A model generated the notes under the pieces. It was not told the origin of the DNA. It did not search any database and saw nothing but the letters and a program-made list of their open reading frames with translations. A program made the translations under genes and the position numbers. A stretch of DNA of 64,000 bases from Tubiluchus corallicola. Taxonomy: Eukaryota > Animalia > Priapulida. How positions within the stretch are numbered: position 1 is the stretch's first letter; every line of letters starts with the position of its first letter. The stretch lies in assembly GCA_030141605.1 (NCBI GenBank), contig JAQGDQ010000516.1, positions 1 to 64,000 of the forward strand, written 5' to 3'. Shown here one piece after another: positions 37,739-51,072 of the stretch.

Positions 37739-40700
37739 ATGGAAGCAATGTTGCAGTCTGTGAAAAATATCTGGATGACTTGCAGTTTTAAACTGCCAGT
37801 ACATAGTTTTAGAGATCACTCATTGTCAAAGAAATTATGCTGTACTTTGAGGTATCGCTATGGTAGTTCTAATTATAGAAATTTAAGCTCCCACAATGGT
37901 TCAGAAAGTGATAGTGATGGCTCAGAAAGCGATGGCAGTGATGCAGCTCAATCCTTGTATCCAAAAACCACAAACATAAGGCGAAGTCAAGCTTCCAAAT
38001 CATATCGTCCACCGACGGATCCTGCCAAAACCAGCATACTGTTGTTTCCGGGGCAAGGGAGCCAGTTTGCTGGAATGGCAAAAGAACTGACCCAGTATCC
38101 TAATGTTGAAGAAATGTTCAAAGTGGCTAGTGAGTGTTTAGGATATGATTTGCTGGAGTTATGTGTACAAGGTCCAAGGTCGGAATTAGACAAAACTGTG
38201 CATTGCCAACCAGCTGTATTTGTGACGTCACTTGCAGCTGTTGAAAAACTGCGCTATGAAAATCCACAGGTAAGGAAATATGACAAACCTAACTACCATT
38301 TAACATTGATACTTGAACTGAGCACTCATTGGTTACTCTGAACTGAGAATGATGACTTCTACTGTACACGTTAAGCCTTTAACTTTTCTGTGTTAATCAT
38401 GCTAATCCATAGGTCCCACAATTTAACGTAATGTAAAATTTATTTGTGTAGCGAGCTACATCATTTAAAAGCTCATCATGCTGAACAATAAAACACATTT
38501 AAAATTCATAAGATATATTAAAATTTAATATACTCAAAAAAATTAATTCATCATAAAAAATACAAGCTAAGCAAGTATTTTAAGACGTGTGTTTAGTTTA
38601 TAAGAATCTAATGAGTTTGGATCTGTTAAACTTTTTGAAAGAATGAGATATATTTTGCTCTTTATCATCCAATTTAAACTAGTTTGTTAAACCTATTTTG
38701 GTGTTAACTTAGAAATACCTATCGAAATTCTGTGGCGTAAGCAATGACTACTTACATTTGTAAATTTTTTCGCGTTTAAAACAAATACATACCTAGAGGT
38801 AGTTACTATAGGATTTGTGAGCATAATAATTCTGTTATTACTGATTTTCAGGCTATAGAGAACTGTATAGCTGCAGCTGGGTTTAGTGTTGGAGAATACA
38901 CAGCCTTAGTATTTGCCGGGGCTATCAGTTTTGAAGATGGTATGAATGGAATAGTATCAAAGTGGTATTAAAATCCTTTATTCGACTTGTTAGGAGCCAA
39001 AAGTGATTCCTTCACTCACTCACTATCATACTTTATTCAACTCCAAAAGTATTTATCCAGTTGAGTTAAAATTTGGTAGGATGATTACATCTAATGATCT
39101 AGGGTGTAAAATTGTAGTACTGCTTTGTTAATTAATTATAGCTGCTTAATTAATAATTTATATTGTTGACTAAACGAAAGATCATGAAGATCAGGAACGC
39201 ATGCTACCAAAACTGTAAAGCCCAAGTAATTGTCAAGTGTTTAGATGATTTATCCTTGTAAACCTTGATGCTCGGGTATAATTTTTTCCTATTGAGTTCA
39301 ATACCAAGGGCAGTGTTTAGATAATTCACCAGCATTGTTTTGCTCTTTGTTAATGGTAATCCCGTAATTTACAGGTAAGAAGAGGAAAAACAGCTCTTGA
39401 AATTAATCAGTGAACCATATTAGTGTTGGATATATTGCTTTATTCATTAAAATGATGGAATTGCCATTATTAGATCAGTAATTTTTTCCAGCCCTGGATA
39501 ACAAGCTCTGTGCAATGGAAATTTTGTATTAATTGTTATTTTAACAGCAATTCACATTGTGAAGATGCGAGCAGAAGCAATGCAGGAAGCATCTGAACTG
39601 ATTTCTGGAGCAATGGCATCTGTGTTCTTGAACTCCCAGTCAAAACTCAAACTGGCTTGTGAAATTGCAAAGGAGTATTGCCGAAAGCATAATGTTGAGA
39701 ATCCAGAGTGTCTTATTGCAAACTACCTGTATCCAGAGTGCAAAGTAATTGCTGGCAATGACGAGGTACCAAGTCAATTACTCCTATCACTTAGATACTC
39801 CAGACATTTTTGTACATTTAATGTAACTCTAATATGCAAGTCCTTTTCTGCAAAAATAGTGTAGTAAATGAAAATGCTCAGGTATATTGATGGTTTAGCT
39901 GAATGGCTTTTAGCGCAAAGTGCTTAAAAATGAAAGAAGAATACACATTATTTTATTGTTATGTTGCTGGTAAATTTAAAATTAAGGTCTAAAATCCGTT
40001 ATTCATTTTTATTGGTGACAAAAATTATGCAGAGTGATAGCATATTATGTTGTAAACTTTAAATTAAAGATTAAATTCTTTGTGAACAGATTCTGAAGCG
40101 TAAGTTATTGCTAAATTTTCTAATATCAGCTTTCACCTTTCACTTGCTCATTTTCTTAAGCTTATAAATTTTATGTGCAGCCTTTGTTGAGTCCAATAAT
40201 TATAAATTCCAATTATATAATAAACATATTGATTGCTGTTGTTTGCTTCAGCTTACAAATTGTTATTAATGATGCTACATGTAATAAATTTGTTTCACTT
40301 CTGACAGTTTGTTTTTGATTTTCACTGATGCTGCACACAATTGTAGCCTATTCAGCAATCAGAAGTTATTGTCATAAATTTGAAATTTAGGTTGATTTTA
40401 ATTCGACTTTTATTATTTGTAAAGGTTTATCAGGACATAGGCATCCCCGATAAGATCACTCTGTTTGTTCCCATAAAAATTGTTGTTTTGCAGGCCATAA
40501 AGTTTATAGAAGTTAATAAACACGAATTTAATCTGCTGAGGGTGAAGCGACTACCAGTCAGCGGTGCATTTCATAGCTCACTAATGAAACCAGCTGTGGA
40601 ACCTTTGCGGAGTGCCTTATCTAAAGTAACTGTAAAAACACCGTTAATACCAGTGCATTCAAATGTTGACGGGAAGCAGTACAAATCTCCTGAGCACATT

Positions 40701-41672
40701 CGTCAACGACTTGAAAAACAGGCGAGTTTTATTTTTCCTTTGTTTAAAATGATATTTACACAACAAATATCAAAATTATCTGTATCTAACAGTCTATTAG
40801 ACTTGGTACAACAAGGATAACTTTCAGGTATGTCCACTTCTGATAAATAGATGCTAAATAAATAAACTGATTAGCTAATGAATAATATGCTTTGTATGCT
40901 TACTCTGATGTTAGGAAAGATTGCTAGTCTGAAAAAATGTGTAGCCAAAAAATTGATATACACTTATGAAATTGCAAATGTGATAATACAAAAAAACTTT
41001 TGCAATAATGAAATGTACATGTATCATCTTACTCCATTCTGGTGGCGTGGCACTCTCCGAGCATTTGATGTTTAAAAGGCCAAGATTTGTGCTTTGGTTC
41101 TAGTACAATGCCAAGGCCCTACGTTCCTAAAAGAATGAAATGAATTAAGTGAATAACTTGAAAAAAGCTGGCTTGGCAAAAAGATCTGTCGACATAATAA
41201 TAACATTTAAGCCAAGGCGATTAATGATGTCGGCCAGAAATATCCAGGAATTATACTTTTCAAAACAAGCTACATCATTGGTGTTAGATAACAGAGGCAG
41301 AAAGTGCATTTCACTGATTGTCTGCTGCATTTCTAAAGCTCCATAACTAGTTGCCACACAGTCAGAGCATACACAAAACAGATTATAAAATATTCATCTG
41401 TATTAGTACTGACACAGTTAACTAGGAATGTTTTGATGAATGCATGTTCGTGAGCATAAACAAAACTACATTCAAAATAGCAAATTAACATTGTTTGTCA
41501 ATTCTAGGTTTACCGTCCTATCAAATGGGAACAGACTATGCATGTTTTGTATGAAAGAACACAAGGTGTAGCTTTTCCTAAAACCTATGAGGTTGGACCT
41601 GGAAAACAGTTAACGGCAATTTTAAAAGTGGTCAACCAGAAAGCCTTTGACAGCTGCACAACAGTAATTTAG
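37739..41672 (+). CDS. MCAT: Mitochondrial malonyl-CoA:acyl carrier protein transacylase (FabD homologue)
   Basis: Exons 37739-38269 (alternative ATGs at 37664 and 37748), 38852-38939, 39548-39765, 40494-40721, 41508-41672. Motifs LLFPGQGSQ, CQPAVFVTSLA, catalytic AGFSVGE, RAEAMQ, LPVSGAFHS, PIKWEQTMH..YER, YEVGPGKQL. The N-terminal extension is consistent with a transit peptide. Confidence 0.95.
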
Positions 41673-43380
41673 TTCCGCATAATAACATTTGCAGAAATGT
41701 ATTGAAGAATCTTCCCCAGTGGGTGCATACCTGTTTTATAATTGTTTTATTTGCATAATTTTACTGTATAGTAGGTACTCGTATTTTTGCAGTTGCCTTT
41801 GTAAACCTAATAGACAGTCGTTTAGAATTCAAAATCAGGTGAAAGTTTTTGGTTCAATTAGTCAGTCATGTGCTTTATCAATGTTTGATTTTTATTTACT
41901 CAATTATTGTGGAAGCTTACAATTCCCCACCTGCTGCTATACAATTCAGGATTCTCCATTTGCTACAGCATTCCACGAAGCACTAATATCCGGCAAGAAA
42001 CCAAGAGGACAGCTATTTAGATGTTCTGAAGAAAGACTTATTAAATACTCCACTTGGCTTAAATAATGTGAATACTTGGCATGTAGCAACAGATTGGGGT
42101 ACACAGCATCAAAACGAAGCACCTAAGATGATGATGAACTGCACAATTCAGTGCAACTAGGTATTGCAGGTTTTTTACATATAAAGTTATAATGTTAAAA
42201 CAATGTTTGTTAAACTGGTGATCATCTGCTGTTATAGTTTTGTTTTACATTATAATGTAAAAGTCTAGTTGGCTTCAGTTAGAGGGACAGAATTTTTATA
42301 GGTAAGTGTTTACTAAAATATCAAGACAATGGAAGAGAAATTAGAAATAAGGAGCATAAAAATTGTATTTAAATATTCGCATTTAAATAGTCAAGTCTTT
42401 TAATAGACAAAAGTTGCCTTCGCTGCATGAGGCTGGCTTAAGGACTTGGGATTCGACTTGAGACTTAAAATGAAAAACTTAATAAGTGACTTGCCAACAG
42501 ATGTAAGGTGATAGGAATATACTATACATAGCAGTATTTGGCAATTTATGCAACATTGTTTCATTTTTTGTCTGTGCTGCATTTTCTTATGTCACAAAAT
42601 ACTTAGTAATGCGCAATATAACAGAGTGGTCAACATGTAATTATTATATATTTTGCTGATTGATCAAGACTATTGATAATAACACATCTGCACATTAGTG
42701 TTAATAGTGTATCATATGGATCGATAAATCATATAATTTCGATTAAGATATTTCTTGTTATGTTTTATTTTTGCTACTGTAAATTTTTTACAGAATGCTC
42801 ATTCAGTTTTATAGAAATAAATGAAATGAAGTTTTTCATTACGCCCTAGTTCTGTAGTTTTTTCTTGATCATCTTAGATAAAGTTATAAACTGCATTTAC
42901 ACTTAGCTGCCTCAGCATATTTCACTCGTGAGAAATTGCAATTTCTGCTCTTGAAATGTCAGAGCTCACTTACAGACACTTACAAACACAACTAATGCCA
43001 ACAGTCTTCTAGTAGATTTAAATTGAGGAATTTTTGTCGAGAGTCATCAGTTTCCTGGGAATTTATGAAATTTGCACATAATTGCAAAAGTGCACTGTAT
43101 GTCATGAATTCTTGGAAAGATTAAAGGGTCACTCATAAATTATGTAAGACCTGAGTAGGAGTGGCAAAGTGAACTGTTACAAGTGTGACAGGAGATAAGG
43201 GAAAACTTAGATTTTTTCCTGTTTTATGAGGTGCTTATAAAGCTGGACCAACAAAGTCACTTCTTTTCAAAATATTAAAAATGTTATAAGTTAAAAAAGC
43301 AATGAAAACAATTTTAGAACATTATTTTTTTGAACTGTGGTATCAATATTTTCCCAAATTAGCTGACAACTAACAATATC

Positions 43381-43599
43381 ATTAATTAATTATGACTGTG
43401 ATTGCCAGATTTTTTCTAAGCCATTACTGTGGTTTATTGTACCAATTATTTACCATTTTTGGTTATGAGTTGGAGAAAGGAGACAACTTTTCAGCATTTC
43501 CTTTCTCCAAGTCATTACCCACAAAGGTAATAATTGCTACAATAAACCACAATAATGGTTTATAAAAAAATCTGGCAATCACAGTCATAATTAGTTAAT
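43381..43599. repeat. Foldback inverted repeat (~100 bp arms, ~17 nt spacer), MITE-like
   Basis: attaattaattatgactgtgattgccagattttttt...ttggagaaagg pairs with cctttctccaa...aaaaaaatctggcaatcacagtcataattagttaat. Confidence 0.85.
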
Positions 43600-46011
43600 T
43601 ATTTTGAACTAGTTGTAGAATATGATAATATTTCTAAAATGCCCTGGTGTTTTCATACCACATAATATTTGAGCCCTTTCTAAACTGTTTCTTTAACAGT
43701 GGGTAGAGTATCAGTTTCCACTTCTTTAACTATGATTTCTTATCTTAGGGTGAGCACAATGGAATAATCATCGTTTCTAAAAATAAACCTGAACACTCTT
43801 CATTACTAAAGGATGAAATTAAAACTGTAGTTGAAAAAAATTATAAACAATTATTTTCTAAATTATAAAATAGCTCTCAATGAAAAGTGACTTTTGTGCC
43901 ACATTGTAGAATGAAAAAATATGGGTGGAAAAGCCCTGCAACACAAGTTATGGATTGTTAAGTTTCTGGTTCCATATATGTTAGCTTATAAGATGATACA
44001 AATTGAAAAGTTTTTGCCATATTTGAATGATAGCTTATAAGATGATAAAAATTTAAGTTTTTGCCATATCCGAGTGATATTAAATATCACGAATGTTATG
44101 TACAAGCAACTTATGATAGCTGTACATTAGTAACACTAAACAAGTTACTCTTCCAGTAATCCAGGCTTCTGATGAGTCAAATATATGACTTAAAAAGAGT
44201 AACACAATCAAAAATTGTGCAAGTAATAATTTGCACCTGAGAAGGTACAACTGTCTGCATTGTGAACCTTGATCACTTGCTCTTAATACTTTAGTAGGTA
44301 CGTTGCAGCTACAACTAGTAACACTATACGCAATAAAATTATAGTAATACGTGTACAAGTGTAGGTGTGCGGCGCACCGCGGGTGCACATTCATAATTTC
44401 AAGCCATGCCTTTGAAAGAGCTCGCGCACGCGCTGACGCACATATGATCTGTCAGCGCAGTGAGAACACCAGCAGACATTCACATTGTGCAAAACAATGC
44501 TAGTTTAATGTTGACTGTACTCCGTTACTTTTAGCTGGCGTAGCATGACTTTGTTCGCTTGTGCTCCTTCGCGAGAAGGTATTTTACCTCACATATGTGC
44601 TTGAGTTTGCTGTGAACAAAAGTTCTGCGAATGGAACACTGATATATATTGTAAGATCAACACGATCTCGAGTAATTCGAGCGCTTTCAATATAGCACTA
44701 CAAACTTATTATAGGTGGCTAATTAATTTGTACCAGTAGCATGGGCAGTAGCGGACAGTCACAGCACGAATTTGAAATGACGGGCAGTCATGCATCCAAA
44801 AATGATGACATTGTAAAATCAATTAGGGTTAGGGGGTTGATACGTAAATCGAATAATTAAAGGGTGATCATGTAGTTTGCGCTTAATTGTAAGCCGTAAG
44901 CGATATTTAATAATGCCACATGTGATACATCAGTTTACTTTTAATCTAATATTAAAATCGATAATTAGTCAATTAATAAATAATGCGATAAATAAAATTT
45001 TACAATCAAAAAGAAAAATGCAATGTTGAACTGAATGGTGACTGACTCGGTTTTTCCCAGGTATTTACTAAACAGTGGATATGTCTAGTAACTTTAACAA
45101 TGAAAAATATTCTAAGTACTTTTCGGCATTTGAATTCTAGTGTGAACTCTACATTTTCTTACAGTCGATTTGCATATTTTTAAATTTGAATTTCCGAGTA
45201 GGAAGTCACGAAGCACAGAGGCAACACATTTAAGTCTCTAGCAAAAGACCGCAAGCAGGTGATAGGGACTGTTAATTGTTTAGGCTATTGACCTATACAA
45301 AAATGGTGGTTTTTATTTGTTTATTGAGTTCAAATTATTGTTGTTTAATTGTGTAAAGAGTTGCCAGAGCTCGACCATGTGAGTGTCCTCATACGACACT
45401 TGATGGCTGGATGACCAGGAACTTGGTAACTGTAAATTATGGTCAATTGTCGGGCCACTTGTTTTAGTACGTTAAGTGTTACGATAAGCCGGTAAGAATA
45501 ATTGCAACCTAAAGCGACGCTTACCAGACATCCGAAATGCGTATGCGATATCGATAAAATCGGTTTATATTGTTTTCAATACACCCGTTTATCAGACCTG
45601 CCTTACGCATTATTCTTTCATTTTTATATGCAGCTATGCCATAGGTGGATAACGCATTCCGGATGTACTTCGCAACGGCCTGAACACTTGTGTGTCTGCA
45701 ATTAAATACACAAATAGCCAAGTAACAGGCCTTGCGGCAGTACTATTGGCACACAATCGTACGGTCTAGCAGGTACAAGCTGATTTTCGTTACGCGTTTG
45801 ACCTACATAATAGATCTAGGATTCTAGGTAATTACTACTGCGACATTCTCACATGTATGTGCTGTTTTAATGAAAAAGGCAAATGGAAAGACTCGATAAT
45901 GTTATGTTGGAAAGGTAAGTATCATCGTTTTAAAATAATATATATATATAATGTTCAACAATAATAAAGTTAAACTCGAAACCCTTGGCAATTACAGTTA
46001 CCTTACTACAT

Positions 46012-46352
46012 GTAATAACAAAATGATCTTGTATCTCATACGTATGGTAACCTACGTAGCTGCTCGTTTACAGCACGCTGATAGATATCCAAGAAACTGC
46101 TGGCATTTTCAACAGGTATGGGTACCTATGTAGGTATTTAAAGTTGGTTAGAGATTGAATGTTTCATATAACCCAAAATAACCCTTACACAAACGGCTAC
46201 AAAAATTAAAGCCATAACAAGAGTCAAAATAAGCTACAAAGGTGAGCTAAAAAGTACACTTCAATGAAAAATCTCACAATTACAAGACAAGAATAAAATA
46301 CACTGTTTCAAACCACCACAGTTGATTTATCATCAGGTGGAAGATTAAAAAA
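46012..46352 (+). repeat. Dispersed direct repeat, copy A (copy B at 50705-51072)
   Basis: Shared start gtaataacaaaatgatcttgtatct and shared block aatgaaaaatctcacaattacaagacaagaataaaatacactg; colinear throughout. Confidence 0.9.
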
Positions 46353-47166
46353 GAGAAATGGCATGAAATTACTAAACTATGCTAATTTTTGGAGGATTTT
46401 TATATTATAACACATGAATTTCACACTTGAAAAAGGATGCAGCCACAAAAAAGCACAGACACAAATTGCTTGCCACAATCAGAGTATCTTAGAGTGAGAT
46501 CAAAACTCATATGAATCATAATGTGTGGACCAAATATTTGTTAAAAATATTGAGGCATTGCATCATTTCATTGCTAGAGGAATCTGTCCATTTTCATTGA
46601 CTCCAGTCTTTTGCTTCTGACTTTGGCTCCATGACTCGAACTCTGACACCACAGCTACAAATTTTTTCCAGTTGTTCACATAGTTTTGTACTATTTTTGC
46701 AGGAGCGAATATTTTTATTTAGTCACTGTCTTCATTGTCCATCATCTAGCACTGATGAAGACTAAACAGGAGCTGACTGAGTTTCCTGTTATGTTAAATA
46801 CCATCACAGCATGTCTTAGACAAAGCTACTGAGACGTTTTTATTACAGTCTAAAAGGTAATTCTACATATATTTTGTGGATGAATCATACAAATTTCAGA
46901 TCTAACTTAAGTAAATGAAATGAAATAATAATCTAATAAAAAATCAAAATGATTGGAATAGAACCTGGAATGGGTGGCAAATATCAGTTGAGCACATTTT
47001 ACCTGAAGTGCATAGCAATATTTTGTCACACCATTTGTTCAATAGCAAAGTGATTAAAATTTTGTACCCTCAAAGTTCTGCATCTTATGTAAGAGTAAGC
47101 TAAGATGTACAGAATACACCGCAGAACTTATTTTATTTTGTAGGTTGATTAAAGGTGAAAACATCA

Positions 47167-48636
47167 ATGATTTGCATGATGCGAAAAAAATTTCGGACAA
47201 GATTTGTGATAGTTATAGTCATTATATGCAGTATTATCTTAATTATAACACTACAGAAAGATTTCGCAAGCAAAACACAATACATATTGTCAAATGGCAC
47301 GCAAGATGCTGTTTATGTACGAAAAGGTGATGCAGGATCTGTGATCGTTCAAGAAAATAGCGCATATTTACATCAAAGTCCTGTGCAAGCAGCATCTGTG
47401 ATAACTCCAGAAAGTATTGTGCATTCACGTCAAAGTCATGATCAATCAACAACTGTGATTGCTTCAGGTGACCAAATAGATCAGTGGCAAATAGTAGATG
47501 GCGTAGAGAAATTAGTGATGGTTTATTCAGCCTATTATGATGGGAGAACAAAAAACAACAGAAGAATAGTTGTAATTGGAACAACTGTAAAGAAACCGCC
47601 TTGGCCTGAGCTCTATTGTCAGTTGAGGTATAATACCACAGAAGATGTACCTGTTACAGTAAGAACTAGAATTGTAATAATCAAAGAAAACTGGAATTTA
47701 ATTTATAGTGCATGTTATTTTGACTGTGGATTACAAAGATCTGCAAAAATACCAAGTTATGTATCTATAGTCAGTAAATCAGAGCTTGCTAACAACACTA
47801 CATCGTCAAATTACTTGATAGTCCATAACACATCAAAACAGGATGGATTTCCTAAAAAAGGAAACAGCAAATTTTGTGTATGTGTTAAGCCATTTCACTA
47901 CCATTACAATAAAGTAAATCAGTTAGCTGAATTTGTAGAAATGAATCGAATACTTGGAGTCGAACATTTTACATTTTATAATGATACCGTGGGAGAAGAT
48001 GTTGATCGTTTGCTTAGGCTTTACAATGCACAAGGTGTAGCAGAAATTTTACCATGGACTTTAGGAAAAATGAAAAATCAAAAAGAAATTCGAACAGAAA
48101 ATATGTTTGCCGCAATTAATGACTGTATGTACAGAAATATGTTTGTTTACGAATGGCATATTTTTATTGATGTTGATGAGTACATATTCCCACATAACAG
48201 TAAGCTCAACTCATTTGCTGATCTAATTGCACAACTTCTGGTACCATATGAATCATCCTTCTACTATGCAGCTTACTGCTTCAGAAATTCGTTCTTCTAT
48301 TTGGATTGGCTAAATGATACAGCTGCTAGAAATCAGTCTGTGCAACTTATTACTCAGCTGAAAACGACACGAACACAGAAGATCTGGCAGCGGGGTAACC
48401 GATCAAAGTGTATAATTCGAGGGACAGACTGCATGCAAATGGGTAATCATGCAGTGTGGGTGATGACAAACGGCAAGCGTGCCCACACAGTTGATCCCGC
48501 ATTAGGAATACTGCATCATTATCGTATTTGTGAGTACGGTGGGAGTGAATGTCTTGACCTACCAAATGTGATTGACCAAACTGCACATAAATGGCAGGAG
48601 AAATTGATAAATAGAGTGAAGCATGTGCTGAACTAA
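47167..48636 (+). CDS. Glycosyltransferase family 92 (GALT-1-like) type II membrane protein, single coding exon
   Basis: 489-aa ORF from ATG 47167 (the ORF track starts at an upstream GTG). Basic cytoplasmic tail, TM segment FVIVIVIICSIILIITL, VYSAYYD, CVCVKPF, EFVEMNRILGVEHFTFYN, AAINDCMYR, DxD motif DVDEYIFP, RSKCII, GNH, HHYR. Splice acceptor at 47141-47143. Confidence 0.92.
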   Translation: MICMMRKKFRTRFVIVIVIICSIILIITLQKDFASKTQYILSNGTQDAVYVRKGDAGSVIVQENSAYLHQSPVQAASVITPESIVHSRQSHDQSTTVIASGDQIDQWQIVDGVEKLVMVYSAYYDGRTKNNRRIVVIGTTVKKPPWPELYCQLRYNTTEDVPVTVRTRIVIIKENWNLIYSACYFDCGLQRSAKIPSYVSIVSKSELANNTTSSNYLIVHNTSKQDGFPKKGNSKFCVCVKPFHYHYNKVNQLAEFVEMNRILGVEHFTFYNDTVGEDVDRLLRLYNAQGVAEILPWTLGKMKNQKEIRTENMFAAINDCMYRNMFVYEWHIFIDVDEYIFPHNSKLNSFADLIAQLLVPYESSFYYAAYCFRNSFFYLDWLNDTAARNQSVQLITQLKTTRTQKIWQRGNRSKCIIRGTDCMQMGNHAVWVMTNGKRAHTVDPALGILHHYRICEYGGSECLDLPNVIDQTAHKWQEKLINRVKHVLN

Positions 48637-50704
48637 ATGACATGTCTTGCAATTTAGTTTTTAAATATTTGCATTGATTATTGTGTGCCAAAAGTTTTTA
48701 TTCTTATAGTAAGCAGTTTTAGCAGAACGGTAATATTCACGCAATTCTCTTTGTACTTAAGTGTAGCATTATTTCTAATACATTTGAACATACACAGTGA
48801 GGTAAATAATTATATTCGACCATTTTTCTGAGATTCTTTCTCCTTTCAGATGCACATCAGTTAACTAGCTGGTTATTTATTGTATTAAATAGTTAAATAC
48901 TGTATTTAAATTCATTCGTATGAATTCATTCATTACTTGAAAGAACTAAGTGAAAAGTAAAAATTTATTCCAAAAACAGAAATTTTATGCAAACATTTAA
49001 AGTACATTAAAAAATTTATAAAGCATTGTTAACTAAAATTAAAAAAAAATTATACCAACATTTTTAGCAATTTTAGTTTTTATGTAGAAATATATACTGT
49101 CAGCAACAAAACTGGCAGTGTGCTAACTTTCTGGAGAGAAAAGTGAAGAAGCTATCCATCAATCAATGATCAGAATGTGAAGAACTGATAAAAATTACAC
49201 TACCTTCTGTTAAGTTTAGTATGTAATTACAGATGTCAATACCAGCATCGTAATATTTCATATTAAATACGGGTATTTAAAACTTGTTCTATTTACTTAC
49301 AAGAAAATGAAGCAGCATACAGCAGAGTCTGCAGTTCTGCATATTTATATATACACTTCATCAATATATAACCAGTAACTGTTACTACCAAGAAGACAAT
49401 GTGAAAACACCCCTGCATTATAATAACAAAAACTGTAAATACAGTAAAAGGCCTACAGTCAAATAAACAGGCAAGAAATGCAACATTTTGAAACTGAATG
49501 TAATTATGTCTTGCCAAAATTAAAATAGTATTATGTACTGAAAAACTGAAATTAAAGTCTAAATAAGTAATAAGATCAGCGAACTGCTATAACTACAGAT
49601 CGGTGTATTGCTACAAAATTTATATTATATTTAGCTAGCAAATAGAAATTCTGGAGTGGTTCATTTATCTTGTCTGGCTAAAATACTGAAATAGTCTCAA
49701 ACAATTTACTCTTATTATAATTTGTTTCGTTCAACATAGAATTTTCTTTTGCTAACTTACACATTTCAGTACATAACTAGTTCATTTACAAATTACGTTA
49801 TTGTGTCTTAGACAGCATATCCTGTAAGTGTACACATAATGCATGAATATCTAAAAAGATACACATGAGGACTTCAACTTTGAAATAAATACTATTATAA
49901 ATGCAGCACTCAGAAAATTCTGCCAGTGATTCAAATGAGGACATCATGCTTTCTGGTAAAACCTTCACATGATCAATTTTGGACTACATTTTAAAAGCAA
50001 ACAGTACAGTAACCTGCATTATCTACAATATAACATTATTATAGTGAACATGCCAGAAGAAAGTACTCTATAAGTATATGCGGCTAGTCATACGTATATG
50101 ACTACTAGATAGATGGACAAGCACATATTAATAATAAAAGGGTATAAATATTATATAATGTATATATTGCATAGATTCATAATAGATGTAAAGTACTTTT
50201 AGAAGATGCTGTCAATTGTCAACTACTTTGCCATATATTCAAATTCAATGGAAAGTGTTTTATGTAACTTCAGTAAACTAAAAATTATCGAGTGTTTGAT
50301 ATTAAATGTGTGTACAGTGTGTTTAGTTGTAAATTTACGTGACATGTTTAGTAAGGTCAATGAGATTCAAAAAAGTCAGCCAATTTTGTTTGCACAAATG
50401 TCTCCCTCGTATAAGAAGTTTTTACAGTAGGATTCATCACTTGATGAAACAACTCCGGAGTATGCTGCCGGTGTACATACGTAAAACAGTTGGGCGCCGA
50501 GTGACTCATTGTTTTATATAGGAGCAGACAAGATGACCTTTCGACATTACATGTTAACAACTCAGCATGATGTACATTACATGCTAACAACTTTTCTCCA
50601 ACTCCAAGAATGACAAATTAAATTTAACTGTAAATTAAGTTGCGAACAACAGTGTCACGGATTCTCATGAATGAGTTCAACTCTGCCGCTAGTCATTTCG
50701 TTTA

Positions 50705-51072
50705 GTAATAACAAAATGATCTTGTATCTTATATGTATGTAACTTATATAACTACTCATTTACAGTACGATGATAGATATTCAAGAAATTGCTGGTATTT
50801 TCAACACTTGTGTCTTATCCTGGTATGGATACCTACGTAGGCATTTAAAATTGTTTCGAGATTGAGTGTCTTATACAACCCAGTTTTGGGTTCCTTATTC
50901 AACAGCTACCAAAATTAGATCCATAACAAGAGTTTTAACTGTGAGGGGCTATTTACAAAGATGGGTTAAAAAGTACACTTAATGAAAAATCTCACAATTA
51001 CAAGACAAGAATAAAATACACTGGTTCAAACCACCACTGTTGGTTTATCATTAAGTGGAACATTAAAAAAAA
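50705..51072 (+). repeat. Dispersed direct repeat, copy B
   Basis: Homologous to 46012-46352 with small indels. Confidence 0.9.

Noticed and set aside
37739-48636. MCAT plus GT92 (plus CDA) as a biosynthetic gene cluster or horizontally acquired operon
   Set aside because: MCAT is a typical spliced mitochondrial housekeeping gene and GT92 is an animal-type Golgi enzyme; there is no shared pathway evidence, so adjacency is probably incidental.
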